A stretch of 64,000 nucleotides of DNA from a virus. Its lineage: Duplodnaviria; Heunggongvirae; Uroviricota; Caudoviricetes. Under the pieces are notes generated by a model. The model ran no database searches and was not told where the DNA came from. It saw only the letters and a list, made by a program, of their open reading frames with translations. The stretch is from the IMG/VR virus record IMGVR_UViG_2737471993_000002; one strand, written 5' to 3'. Below are positions 28,611 through 38,560 of the stretch, piece after piece. Numbering within the stretch: the stretch's first letter is position 1; the number at the start of each line of letters is the position of its first letter. The position numbers and the translations under genes are program-made.

Positions 28611-28823
28611 ATGAACACCACTATTTCCAGCCTAATCGCTCTTGAGATCGGACACGTACAGAAATTAGCTGATGAGTGTGTAGCTGACATCCTCACCGAT
28701 CTACCGAATGAGCAGATTCAGGTTGGTGTGAATGACACAACTGGCTTTATATTCGAACTTAACAACAAACGCTTCACGCTTCTCAATACCGGCTCCTGGT
28801 CTTTAGCCGTCAGAATCTGTTAA
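28611..28823 (+). CDS. Hypothetical small protein
   Basis: 70-aa ORF in divergent region; weak support. Confidence 0.3.
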   Translation: MNTTISSLIALEIGHVQKLADECVADILTDLPNEQIQVGVNDTTGFIFELNNKRFTLLNTGSWSLAVRIC

Positions 28824-28921
28824 CCCCTCTTCTCCCTGCGCGAATGGCTTAGTTCCCTGTTCGCGCAGTGCTACATTAAACACACTAGTAAATAATTTGT
28901 TTTCATAACAAAGGATTAGCC

Positions 28922-31030
28922 ATGTCTAAAAAACGTTCCATCAAAGAGGTTCAGGACTTCCGTGACAGTGTAAAACGAGTAGTCGCTCTCCTTTCAGGTA
29001 AAAACATCCCTGTTGCAGAACGAGGGGACGACGCTTATGTACGCTATAACGATGATGGAGAGCCAATTCTCGTAAACATCCCATCAATCCCGGATAACGC
29101 AACACCGGCATTGATGAATGCTGTGCGCGGATTTCTCGATCATGAGGTTGCTCACATTTTGTTTACCGATATTCGTGTGTCCAACAAAATGAGAGAAAAA
29201 GGACGCGTTCCTTCCTGGTCGCTATGGAATGCCTTAGAAGACGTGTTCATCGAGCGAAAAATGGGTCAGGTCTTTAACGGAACAAGACGTAATCTGATGG
29301 CAACTCAGCGCCTTATAATCGAAAAAGTCTTTAAACCAAAGGCTTCAGAGGCTATTGCTTATTGTGGCAAAGATCAGCGCGCGCTTTTTCTAAACTTCTT
29401 TCTCTGTCCGGTTGTAAGAGCCTGGGATGGCCAAGCACCGTTCGTAGATTTCATGGATGAATATTGGCCTGTCATTGAGAAACCAATTTCATTATTAAAA
29501 GAACATGGTATCGATGTGGCCGTGCGTAACATGTCTTGCACCGAGGATTGTGTAAAGGTGGCTGCGACCATAGCTAAGATCCTCAAAGACACTGAAAGTG
29601 AAAGCAAAGGTAAGGAGTCAGCTCCGGGAAAAACTTCCGATCCTTCAGACGCTGACCAGACGGATGCCTCTGGAGAAAACAATGAAGACAACGAAGATCA
29701 TGAGACACCCTCAGCGTTAGATAATCACAAATCTATCAAATCAGAATCACACAGTAAGCACAAACATGATAATAACGACAGTGATGATTCAGATAATTCT
29801 GAATCATCAGAAACAATATTCGATGATACAGAAAATGATAAAGAGGTATCAGATTCTGGTGCTTCTGATAACGCGGCGTCAGAATCATTTACCACTGACC
29901 ACGAAAAAAGAAAATCGACAGAAGACGGCTCTTCAGACATTCCAACTCCGTCAAAAATGAGTCTGGAAGAGGCTTTAGAGGAGTTGGATAGCATGGAAGA
30001 TGAAGTCGGAGGCATGACAGAAGATGCGCTATCCGAAACGATTAAAAGCGAGTTAACAGAAAGCTCGAAAAGCGAATACAGGCCATACAATCGCTCATAC
30101 GACTTCATCGGCTCGATTGATCAGGCAGAAGCCCATATCAAACGGCTTATTAAAACATTCTCCGATATTGATTTAGGTGGATATCCAATCAGCCGTTATC
30201 GCATCGTTCCTGAAGGCAACCAACTCTTCGACAAATATATTGAAAAGCACCTTTCGTCAGGTGTTTCGTCGACGCTGGCAAAAGACCTGGAACGTGCAAT
30301 AGCAAGCAGAAACAGAGTTCAGTTTATACCTGGCCAGCGTCGGGGGCGCATTCATGGTTCAAGTATCTACAGATTAACAATGAATGATGATCGCGTGTTT
30401 CGTAAAAAAGAAGAATCTAAAGCCGTTAACGCCTGTGTTCAACAAGTGATTGATTTATCGGGTTCAATGAGTGGCGAAACGATAAAACTAGCTCTTGCAA
30501 GTGCATATACCATCGCCGATGCACTTGATCGAATAAATGTTCCCAACATTATCACCGGCTTCACTACATTTGGTAGTCATATGGCGGCAGGAGAACTTAA
30601 GGCTGTCAAGTATGAGTTCTCTCGCTTTGAATCTTTAATGCTACCTATCATCAAAAATTGGAATGAAAAGGTAAATTCTCGCGAAGTTCGCTCACGTATG
30701 GGGTGCGTAGGCTACACATTCCCACTTCTTAATAACGTGGATGGTGAAAGCATAGCCAGCCTTGCATCGTTATTTTCCGGTCGCATGGAGGACAGGAAGA
30801 TCATGCTTGTTCTGAGTGATGGCGCGCCGTGGGCTGTTGGGAGAGGTTTTGACGCTCATTTGCGTTCAGTTGCGAAGCAAATTGAAACGCAGACTGATAT
30901 TGATTTGATGGCAATTGGCATCATGACTGACGCACCGGAGAGATTTTACTCAAATCATGCCCTGGTAACGAGCGTTGATAGTCTTGGTTCATCTGTAGTT
31001 ACTGAACTATCTCGTATCATTTTAAAGTGA
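28922..31030 (+). CDS. vWA-domain protein (CobT-like) with acidic Ser/Asp-rich disordered insert
   Basis: C-terminal von Willebrand A MIDAS motif DLSGSMSG; central ~150-aa highly acidic S/D/E-rich region; paired with downstream AAA ATPase. Confidence 0.65.
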   Translation: MSKKRSIKEVQDFRDSVKRVVALLSGKNIPVAERGDDAYVRYNDDGEPILVNIPSIPDNATPALMNAVRGFLDHEVAHILFTDIRVSNKMREKGRVPSWSLWNALEDVFIERKMGQVFNGTRRNLMATQRLIIEKVFKPKASEAIAYCGKDQRALFLNFFLCPVVRAWDGQAPFVDFMDEYWPVIEKPISLLKEHGIDVAVRNMSCTEDCVKVAATIAKILKDTESESKGKESAPGKTSDPSDADQTDASGENNEDNEDHETPSALDNHKSIKSESHSKHKHDNNDSDDSDNSESSETIFDDTENDKEVSDSGASDNAASESFTTDHEKRKSTEDGSSDIPTPSKMSLEEALEELDSMEDEVGGMTEDALSETIKSELTESSKSEYRPYNRSYDFIGSIDQAEAHIKRLIKTFSDIDLGGYPISRYRIVPEGNQLFDKYIEKHLSSGVSSTLAKDLERAIASRNRVQFIPGQRRGRIHGSSIYRLTMNDDRVFRKKEESKAVNACVQQVIDLSGSMSGETIKLALASAYTIADALDRINVPNIITGFTTFGSHMAAGELKAVKYEFSRFESLMLPIIKNWNEKVNSREVRSRMGCVGYTFPLLNNVDGESIASLASLFSGRMEDRKIMLVLSDGAPWAVGRGFDAHLRSVAKQIETQTDIDLMAIGIMTDAPERFYSNHALVTSVDSLGSSVVTELSRIILK

Positions 31031-31045
31031 ACAAAACAGCCTTAA

Positions 31046-31068
31046 CGATAAGTAACCACTTACGATAG
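31046..31068. promoter_or_regulatory. Palindromic operator-like motif (CGATAAGTAACCACTTACGATAG)
   Basis: Motif-family member ~57 nt upstream of start at 31126. Confidence 0.4.
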
Positions 31069-31125
31069 ATAATGATATATTTATATAAGAAGTTGAACGC
31101 TCATTAGAAAACAAAGGAAAAACGC

Positions 31126-32361
31126 ATGACTACTACTGCACTGCAAAATGAAAAAAATCCTTCTGATTACCTTGTTTGCAAGTGGTGCGGAAAATCATTT
31201 CACTATTTTAAGTCCCATGTAGCCAATGGTAATTGCGAGGGCATTCCTGAGTCAGTAAAAGATGCCGATCCTGACACCGTACTGAAAATGTACACAACAC
31301 AGTTTCCAGATGAGCCAACGCTATCGAAAAAGGCACTTGATGCAATTCAAGCTAAACGTGCCGAGCAAAAAAGCGAAATGGCCAAATCATCTGGCGTGAC
31401 CAGTAGCCCAGGCTACACAGGCACAGTTGAGTACAAGACAGATCTGGTCGCAGCTCACGAACTGCTAAATGTAACGGTGAAAGAACTCGGAACAAAACGT
31501 GGGACGCCGCTCATGGTTAGCGTCAACGTCAATACGCCGTTTCCAGAGTTCGTTCCAGAAGTGAAGAAGGGATACGTATATGGCGACTTCGAACTGATCA
31601 AAGACATTTTCATGATGCTTGAACTTGGCATACCTGGCTATTTGTGGGGTCATGCAGGAACAGGCAAATCTTCATTGCCTACACAACTATGTGCTTTGCT
31701 CAATCGTCCGTTAATCCGTGCCCAACATACAGCATCAATGGAAGAGGCTCATGTTACGGGACAAATTCTGGCGCGTGATGGCTCTACGTATTTCGAGCCT
31801 GGCTTGCTTGCGCTCGCAATGAAGCATGGCTGGGTTTACCTCGCGGATGAATACGACTTTGCGTTTCCACAGATTCTTGGCGTGTATCAGCCAGTGCTGG
31901 AAGGTGAAGCGTTGGTCATCAAAGAGGCGACTCCAGAATGGCGTCGCATTACTCCGCATGAACGGTTTGCTTTCATTGGCACTGGCAACACGAACGGATC
32001 TGGTGATGAAACCGGCTTGTACCAGGGTACAAACATCCAGAACGCCGCGAACTTTTCGCGTTTTGGCATCGTTTCGAATGTGAAATACATGAGCAAAGAG
32101 GCAGAGATCAACATGTTGATAAATGCCGGTATCGTGGATGAATACGCAGAAAAGATGGTTAAGTTTGCCGGTATCGTTCGCGATGGATACGAAGAACACC
32201 TTATCAGTCAGCCAATTGGCCCTCGTGAACTTTTGTTGTCGGCCAAGATTGGAATGATGCGAGGCGACTTTGTGACAGGTATTGAGCGTTCTTTCATTAA
32301 CAAACTCCCTTCAGCTTCTGCACAAGCGGCTCGTGAAGTTGTTCAAAAAATATTTGGTTAA
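31126..32361 (+). CDS. AAA+ ATPase (CobS/MoxR-like) with N-terminal Cys-rich zinc-ribbon-like extension
   Basis: Walker A GHAGTGKSS, Walker B VYLADEYDF; N-terminal CKWCGKSFHYFKSHVANGNC. Confidence 0.65.
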   Translation: MTTTALQNEKNPSDYLVCKWCGKSFHYFKSHVANGNCEGIPESVKDADPDTVLKMYTTQFPDEPTLSKKALDAIQAKRAEQKSEMAKSSGVTSSPGYTGTVEYKTDLVAAHELLNVTVKELGTKRGTPLMVSVNVNTPFPEFVPEVKKGYVYGDFELIKDIFMMLELGIPGYLWGHAGTGKSSLPTQLCALLNRPLIRAQHTASMEEAHVTGQILARDGSTYFEPGLLALAMKHGWVYLADEYDFAFPQILGVYQPVLEGEALVIKEATPEWRRITPHERFAFIGTGNTNGSGDETGLYQGTNIQNAANFSRFGIVSNVKYMSKEAEINMLINAGIVDEYAEKMVKFAGIVRDGYEEHLISQPIGPRELLLSAKIGMMRGDFVTGIERSFINKLPSASAQAAREVVQKIFG

Positions 32362-32541
32362 TCGTGCGTAAAGGATGTTTCGGCTCTCTTATCGCTGCTT
32401 CTGAAACTGGTAAGGCTTGTCTGGTGTGTCCAGACAAGCCCGATTGTCACCAATCAGCAAAAGAAGTTGCGATTTCGATGCATGGGAAGTTCGTAGGCTT
32501 CCCCAATGACAAAATCAAAAAAACCAGAAAGGTAAAAACAC

Positions 32542-35500
32542 ATGAAGGCACTGATGGTTCGAACTGACTTCTCACTTGGGGAGTCGGCTCTAAAAGCAGA
32601 AAACGCGGTGAAGATTGCCAGAGAAGCTGGCTACACCGCTGTAATTTCAGCAGATAGCATGAATATTGCGAGCGTTATTCCACTACAACGTGCCGCTGGT
32701 GACGACATGGCGGTTATTTGTGGTGTGAAACTAAACATTGTTGATGATCCCACATACGAGCACCGGGCTAAACTTGCTAAAGAATCTATGAGATGTATGG
32801 AATCATTAGAGCGGGGACGTAACTACTCGTTTACCGCTCTAATTAAAAATGAGCAAGGATATCGCGACATCTGCGAACTAATGACGGCGGCCAACACACG
32901 AGAACAGTTCTACTTTGTACCGCGTCTCTCGCTCGAACAGTTGGTTTCTACATATGCCAAAGGCAACATCATCCTGCTTACTTCCGACATCGGTAGCGTG
33001 TTCCAACGCAACGATTTTGCAAAAATCATAAGCACACTGATTACAGCGGGTGGAAAAGACAACTTCTATAGTGTGGTTTATCCGCACCCTACCCCATTCT
33101 ACGACCAGATTAACGTCCGGGCGATGAAAGTCGCCAGCGCATTGAAAATAGAGCCAGTGGCGTTCTATCCCGCTTATTACGAATCGATCGACGATGCAGA
33201 CATTAAAGACATTGCGCACATGGTTACGAACAACATCAAAATCGACCAGCCGCATCGTCTGCGTATCCCCCACCAGCGAGATAACGCCGTCAATGGTCGC
33301 CGCCATCTCCTTGAGGCGCTTAAAGCCTTCTCCGTTCGCATGGATGTGCCGGTAACAGCTGCAATGGCCTCAACAACGCAGGATACCATTATCGATGCCT
33401 GCACATGGCGCTGGCATGAATTGCCGCCAGCACTGCCAAAGATGGCAGACGACGAGCCTGCAACGCTTATGAAACTGGCTGTTGCAGGGCTGCGTAAACG
33501 TCTTACCACAAAAGAGTTTGGCTACACACCACCTGCTTCTGAGAACAGGGTTTATGTTGAGCGGCTAAAGTACGAAATGGACACGCTGACTCGCCTGGGA
33601 TTTTGTGGTTACTTCCTGATGGTACGCGATCTGATGAATCATAGTCGTGAAACTGGCATTCCCGTTGGGCCTGGTCGTGGTTCCTCTGCCGGTTCTCTGG
33701 TGGCGTGGTGCATAGGCATAACCAACGTCGACCCAATCCGTCACGGTCTTCTGTTTGAGCGTTTCATCAACCCTGAGCGTCTCGACTTGCCGGATGCGGA
33801 CTTGGACTTCAGCCAGGCACGTCGCCATGAGGTGATCGAGTATCTGAATGAACGCTACGGCGAAGATTACGTTGCGGGTATTCCGAACTTCACCTACCTG
33901 GGCGCAGCCTCTGCACTACGTGATACCGCTCGTATTTATGGTGTGGAGTCCGCAGATATGGCGGTATCAAAAGAACTGAAGAACGTCGAGGATGATAGCC
34001 TTCCATTGGAAGAGCTGCGCGAACAACTGGCAAGTCTCGACAAATACGCAACAAAATATCCTGATGCATTCAATGCAGCCTGCAAGTTACAAAGCCTTAT
34101 GCGTGGCTTTGGTAGACATGCGGCAGGGATGATCGTAGCAGGTGTTCCTCTGACAGAACGTACACCGGTTGAGCGCCGTGGTGACGCGCGTTGTATCGCA
34201 TTTGACAAGCGTTACTGCGAGGCTATGGGCCTAATTAAGCTGGACGTGCTTGGCCTGGCAACTCTCGATTTGCTCGATAGTGCAAAACGCTACATAAAAG
34301 AGAACACAGGTGAAGATATCAATCTTGATGCCATTTCTCTTGAAGATCGCAAGGTGCTGGATGGTTTTGCTGCTGGGTACACTCAAGGTGTTTTCCAGCT
34401 TGAATCAGGCCCAATGCGCAAGCTGCTTAAAGATTTAGGTGGTGGAATTGAGCCAATGAGCTTTAAAACGGTCGTCGCTACAACTGCGCTCTTCCGGCCG
34501 GGGCCAATTCAATCAGGCATGTTGGATGACTATGTTTCTGTCGCCAAAGGCTTTATGACGCCGGAATCATTACACCCCGTTCTTGATGAACTTACCGCGG
34601 AAACAAATGGCGTGATTCTCTATCAGGAACAGACGATGAACGCGACTCGATTGCTTGCCGGCTTCACAATGGCTGAAGCTGACGCTGTGCGTTCCGCAAT
34701 CGGTAAGAAGAACATGGAAAAAATGAAGAGCATGGGCGAGAAGTTCATCGTTCAGGCTCAAGCTGGCTGGATAGACGTTGAGCTGGAAGATGGCACTACA
34801 CAGCGCATTCACCGTGCGGAACATTTTAAATGCGAAGACGGAACTCTGAAAACTGTCGAAGAGGCACTTGAGCACGGCGCAAAACTACCTATAAACGCAG
34901 TACGCGTTACAGCGTCACATCCAGGGCTATCAGAGATGAAAGCGAAGGAGATCTGGACCGCATTTGAGAAAAACGGAGCCTATCAGTTCAATAAATCACA
35001 CTCCGTTGCTTATTCTTTAATCAGTTATCAGTCTATGTGGCTAAAGACGCACTACCCTGCTGAGTTCTTCGCAGCTGCGCTCACCATTCTGGGCGAGGAT
35101 AAGCATCAGGGGCTGGTGAAGGATGCGCTGACCTATGGCATTCGCGTATTGCCACCAGACGTTAATGTGTCATCTAACCGAATTGAGATCCGCACACTCG
35201 AAGACGGCAGTCAGGCACTGTATGCGCCATTCTCTGCTGTGAAAGGCTGTTCTGAAAATGGTTGTCAGGCAATTATGCGTGCGCGTGAGAAAGTTGGTGG
35301 CAAATTCGAGTCAGTGGCACAATTCGATGAAGCGGTCGAGAAGCGTGCATGTAACAGTCGTGTACGCGAGTCGCTTCATAAAGTAGGGGCTTTTGCGTCA
35401 ATTGAGCCAGGCAGTCTGCCAGCAACTGATCCTGAACGACTGCGCGACCAGGCTGAGCTGATGGGCAATCTCATCATTGACGCTGTTAAAGCATCACGTC

Positions 35501-36060
35501 CGTTCGAAATGAATCCTAAGCGTTCTGCCGAAATCAACGTACTTATGACACGTATGGCGGCTGAAATGGGCTTGGGTGAGGAGTTGATACGCCCGACTAT
35601 TGGTATTAAACCCAAAATCATGATCATTCTGGACAATGCGAACGGCAATGACGCTCGTACCGGCTACTTCATGGAGAACGGATACGACGACTTTAAGGCA
35701 AAACTACTGACAGTTGGAGATCTGCGCATGGGCGATCTTTATGTCACGGGTGTTTGTAAGAAGGTTAAGGACAAAGAGAAAGACTATACCAAAGACGAGA
35801 TAGGCCAGTTCACAGACTTTATGCGGGAAGAAATTAATCTTGTACGACCAACCTACATTTTGACGTGTGGTAGTCGTTCAACCGCACTATTTAACAATAA
35901 GAGTAAACCATCAGATCTGATTGGTCGTAAGGAGTACTTCCCAGAGCTTGATGCAACCGTCTTCTACGGATTTAACCCGAATATCCTGTACTTCCGACCG
36001 GAAGAAGGAGAGCGACTGGAGGCCATTCTGGCTGATATCGCGGAGACAATAAATAAGTAA
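32542..36060 (+). CDS. dnaE: DNA polymerase III alpha-type replicative polymerase (DnaE-like, with PHP domain)
   Basis: 1172 aa; Pol-beta-like palm motifs GPGRGSSAGSLVAWCIGITNVDP and LPDADLDF; N-terminal PHP-like region. Confidence 0.85.
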   Translation: MKALMVRTDFSLGESALKAENAVKIAREAGYTAVISADSMNIASVIPLQRAAGDDMAVICGVKLNIVDDPTYEHRAKLAKESMRCMESLERGRNYSFTALIKNEQGYRDICELMTAANTREQFYFVPRLSLEQLVSTYAKGNIILLTSDIGSVFQRNDFAKIISTLITAGGKDNFYSVVYPHPTPFYDQINVRAMKVASALKIEPVAFYPAYYESIDDADIKDIAHMVTNNIKIDQPHRLRIPHQRDNAVNGRRHLLEALKAFSVRMDVPVTAAMASTTQDTIIDACTWRWHELPPALPKMADDEPATLMKLAVAGLRKRLTTKEFGYTPPASENRVYVERLKYEMDTLTRLGFCGYFLMVRDLMNHSRETGIPVGPGRGSSAGSLVAWCIGITNVDPIRHGLLFERFINPERLDLPDADLDFSQARRHEVIEYLNERYGEDYVAGIPNFTYLGAASALRDTARIYGVESADMAVSKELKNVEDDSLPLEELREQLASLDKYATKYPDAFNAACKLQSLMRGFGRHAAGMIVAGVPLTERTPVERRGDARCIAFDKRYCEAMGLIKLDVLGLATLDLLDSAKRYIKENTGEDINLDAISLEDRKVLDGFAAGYTQGVFQLESGPMRKLLKDLGGGIEPMSFKTVVATTALFRPGPIQSGMLDDYVSVAKGFMTPESLHPVLDELTAETNGVILYQEQTMNATRLLAGFTMAEADAVRSAIGKKNMEKMKSMGEKFIVQAQAGWIDVELEDGTTQRIHRAEHFKCEDGTLKTVEEALEHGAKLPINAVRVTASHPGLSEMKAKEIWTAFEKNGAYQFNKSHSVAYSLISYQSMWLKTHYPAEFFAAALTILGEDKHQGLVKDALTYGIRVLPPDVNVSSNRIEIRTLEDGSQALYAPFSAVKGCSENGCQAIMRAREKVGGKFESVAQFDEAVEKRACNSRVRESLHKVGAFASIEPGSLPATDPERLRDQAELMGNLIIDAVKASRPFEMNPKRSAEINVLMTRMAAEMGLGEELIRPTIGIKPKIMIILDNANGNDARTGYFMENGYDDFKAKLLTVGDLRMGDLYVTGVCKKVKDKEKDYTKDEIGQFTDFMREEINLVRPTYILTCGSRSTALFNNKSKPSDLIGRKEYFPELDATVFYGFNPNILYFRPEEGERLEAILADIAETINK

Positions 36061-36066
36061 TAAAGA

Positions 36067-36090
36067 AAACCCGCCTGTTGGCGGGTTTAT
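36067..36090 (+). terminator. Rho-independent terminator
   Basis: AAACCCGCC-TGTT-GGCGGGTTT immediately after the polymerase stop. Confidence 0.7.
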
Positions 36091-36363
36091 AAAGAATTAT
36101 GGCGCTTGTTGAGGAAGTCACTCCTCTTACGCACTTTGTTTTGCCATGCCGGCAGTTAGCTTCTGCCTTTGACTATTCATGCGGCAACCCCGCATTTCGC
36201 CACAATGGGCAATTCACTTTTATGGAATAAACTGGCCGTTGTGTCGATTTAATTAGCATGGCCTTACCATGCTAATTTATTCAACTTGTACAATCCTACA
36301 AATCTATCCACTCAGGCTTACACCGTCTTCGTTATTGTAGAAATGAGGATCATCAGCGTTGAA

Positions 36364-36579
36364 TCAGCTTAGAGCAACGACATTTGCTGCTGCTGGGCCT
36401 TTAGCCCCATTCTCGATAGAGAATTCGACCTGCTGGCCTTCTTCCAAAGTGCGGAAATTATTACTCTGAATTGCCGAAAAATGTACAAAAACATCTTTAC
36501 TGCCATCAGCAGGAGAAATAAAGCCAAAGCCTTTATCAGAGTTAAACCATTTTACTAAACCAGTCATTTTATTAGACAT
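36364..36579 (-). CDS. Cold-shock protein (CspA family)
   Basis: Start at internal Met ([23 protein letters not shown]..); RNP1/RNP2 motifs KGFGFI and VFVHF; 71 aa; ~270-bp upstream noncoding leader. Confidence 0.85.
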   Translation of the reverse strand: MSNKMTGLVKWFNSDKGFGFISPADGSKDVFVHFSAIQSNNFRTLEEGQQVEFSIENGAKGPAAANVVALS

Positions 36580-36908
36580 AGATATTACCTTCTTAATTTT
36601 GTGAGCCACATAGTGCGGCGAGAATTTGATCTGTATAGATTGGGACTTACTTAGGCACTTAAGGAGGAGACTCACGAAGAAGGGAAATCAGAAGATAACA
36701 CTGAACTGAGACTGCTTTACTAAAACTGCTTACATAAGGTCTGTCTTGCAAACCAACGATGCTATTAACGCATACCCCTTCTTTTCATGCAACCTTTATT
36801 TTTCAAAGATAACTAATTTTTGTCACCATTGGTTTAGTAAACGTTAACGAACCAGACGATGCCAGACACCTTTACAGAGAACAGATGCCCGCCAATTGGC
36901 GGGCATCA

Positions 36909-37472
36909 TTATGCGCATTTCGCAATATCTTTGCGGCGTTTAATCAGTTTCTCCGCAATTTGCTCTATTTCGTTGAAATCTTTCGAGACGCTGTTTCGAA
37001 GCGCCAGATTCCATTTACTCAAAGTTCGGGCATTTTGGACAATTTGATCGCCCTCTTTAAGTCGTCCGTTATTCATGAGCCATTCAGCCACATCAGCCCA
37101 ATCCCAGAGAGGAGACTGGCCTTTTATGCGTTGTACAGGGCAAGGGAAGTCGCCGCTTCCGCGCTTACCGTCTTTGAGCAACGCCACCGCCTGGCGAGAC
37201 AGGTCTGTCAGTTCCGCGATATCGCTTAAGCCCACAAGAGCCGAGTCGACGGATTCAACAATTGCACCGATACCGGCTGATTCAATATTGTCGACCGCAG
37301 ATGCGATAGCTGCATCAAGTGATTGTGCTTCGCGGTCAAATTCTACATAGACGGAGTTTCCATATGCGCAAATTAGCGCATCGTCACAGCCGTTTTGGTA
37401 CAGCGCGTCTTCCAGTCCTTCCGTCTCATACGATACGCCTGAGAGCGTCAGAGTGAAGTTATAAAGCGCCAT
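36909..37472 (-). CDS. Two-domain protein with C-terminal AlpA-like HTH (candidate antitoxin/regulator)
   Basis: C-terminal LTDLSRQAVALLKDGKRGSGDFPCPVQRIKGQSPLWDWADVAEWL resembles AlpA-type HTH; sits directly downstream of a small HicA-like ORF on the same strand. Confidence 0.4.
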   Translation of the reverse strand: MALYNFTLTLSGVSYETEGLEDALYQNGCDDALICAYGNSVYVEFDREAQSLDAAIASAVDNIESAGIGAIVESVDSALVGLSDIAELTDLSRQAVALLKDGKRGSGDFPCPVQRIKGQSPLWDWADVAEWLMNNGRLKEGDQIVQNARTLSKWNLALRNSVSKDFNEIEQIAEKLIKRRKDIAKCA

Positions 37473-37532
37473 AGTTTTCCTTTGAAGATAGTTGGACAGT
37501 TTCTGCAAAAGGCGGCTAATGCCGCCTTGAAA

Positions 37533-37757
37533 TCATTTACAACGATCAACCATTCGTTTGATCTGTTTGGCATGGTTTTCGGGATTACCCGGAGTCGACC
37601 ATACGCTCATTTGGTGAGTTTTGTGTTCACCTTCTGGATTACCGCATCGCAGTCTGCAAAAACAATGTGCAGCACCACCAGCTGCTACCCAGATCCAGCC
37701 TTTACTTAATGCATAGTCAATGGCTGCTTGAATATGCTTATTCGGATGTTGCTTCAT
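37533..37757 (-). CDS. Small HicA-like protein (candidate toxin)
   Basis: 74 aa; KGWIWVAAGGAAH and HKTHQMSVWSTP..ENHAKQIKRMV loosely match HicA/YcfA pattern (GW...GSHH ... vP.H). Weak. Confidence 0.3.
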   Translation of the reverse strand: MKQHPNKHIQAAIDYALSKGWIWVAAGGAAHCFCRLRCGNPEGEHKTHQMSVWSTPGNPENHAKQIKRMVDRCK

Positions 37758-37967
37758 TCGCCTCCGATAATAGTATTCTATTCACAGTGTTGACATCTGT
37801 CAACGGCGACTGAATTTCATCCGTTCATGCCACACCCCCATCCATCTCATGTATGTGACCTAAAGATGGTCAGCACAGCTTACCAAAATAAGACAACTAA
37901 TTATCTTCGGTGATCTCAATATTTTCCCCTGAACAAAGTTGACATGACGCCATAAACCCGTTCTCTG

Positions 37968-37980
37968 TTTGATATAATTG
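37968..37980 (+). promoter_or_regulatory. Extended -10 promoter element (TGaTATAAT)
   Basis: Perfect TGnTATAAT ~35 nt upstream of start at 38012; palindromic motif TATAAGTAGGAACCTATTA (37991-38009) lies between. Confidence 0.4.
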
Positions 37981-38011
37981 ATACAGATTTTATAAGTAGG
38001 AACCTATTAGA

Positions 38012-38443
38012 GTGAACACTGATATTTTTTCTAAAATCATGGCCGATCTGGAGTTCGACCGCGACAACCTTGAGGAAGTATGGCGTAAACAGCCACGGCT
38101 TTTAATGGAGTATGGGTCAAAACTAGCGCAGGCAGATCGAGATGTCGCAGAGGCAAAACTTAACCTTGAAGCTGTTGAAGCAAAGCTATACGACACAGAG
38201 CGTAAGAACTTGAGTATGAACGGCATTAAGTTCAACGAGTCTGTACTGGACGCTAAGGTTAAAACAAACCCACAGTATCTGTCTAAACGGCAGAAGTTGG
38301 ATGAAGCACGGCACATCGCAGACATATACAAACATGCTGTCGCCGCCTTTTCGCATCGCCGAGACATGATCGTTCAGGCGTCAAAGATGGCCATCGTTGA
38401 ATTAGAGCGATTAGGCTCTGAACGCTTTATTACTCCCCGTTGA
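38012..38443 (+). CDS. Hypothetical coiled-coil protein
   Basis: 143 aa (GTG start per track; ATG alternative at 38039). Confidence 0.45.
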   Translation: MNTDIFSKIMADLEFDRDNLEEVWRKQPRLLMEYGSKLAQADRDVAEAKLNLEAVEAKLYDTERKNLSMNGIKFNESVLDAKVKTNPQYLSKRQKLDEARHIADIYKHAVAAFSHRRDMIVQASKMAIVELERLGSERFITPR

Positions 38444-38447
38444 TTTT

Positions 38448-38478
38448 TGATAGATAATAAGTAAGTACTGATCTATCA
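38448..38478. promoter_or_regulatory. Palindromic operator-like motif (TGATAGATAATAAGTAAGTACTGATCTATCA)
   Basis: Outer arms TGATAGAT/ATCTATCA enclosing TAAGTA..TACT core; upstream of SSB gene. Confidence 0.45.
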
Positions 38479-38560
38479 TTTAACAGCTCGAAAGAGCCAC
38501 GAATGAACGAAAGCCCAACGCGCATAGCGCCATCGGCCAAATCACAACAAGGAGAAACAC

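Noticed and set aside
32364-32567. 67-aa Cys-rich ORF between the AAA ATPase and DnaE
   Set aside because: Not annotated as a feature: the only in-frame start is a GTG with no convincing ribosome-binding site and it overlaps the dnaE start; kept as a low-confidence possibility only.
37939-37944. TTGACA as the -35 element for the promoter upstream of 38012
   Set aside because: Spacing to the TGaTATAAT -10 element is ~28 bp, too long for a sigma-70 promoter; the extended -10 alone is the more plausible element.
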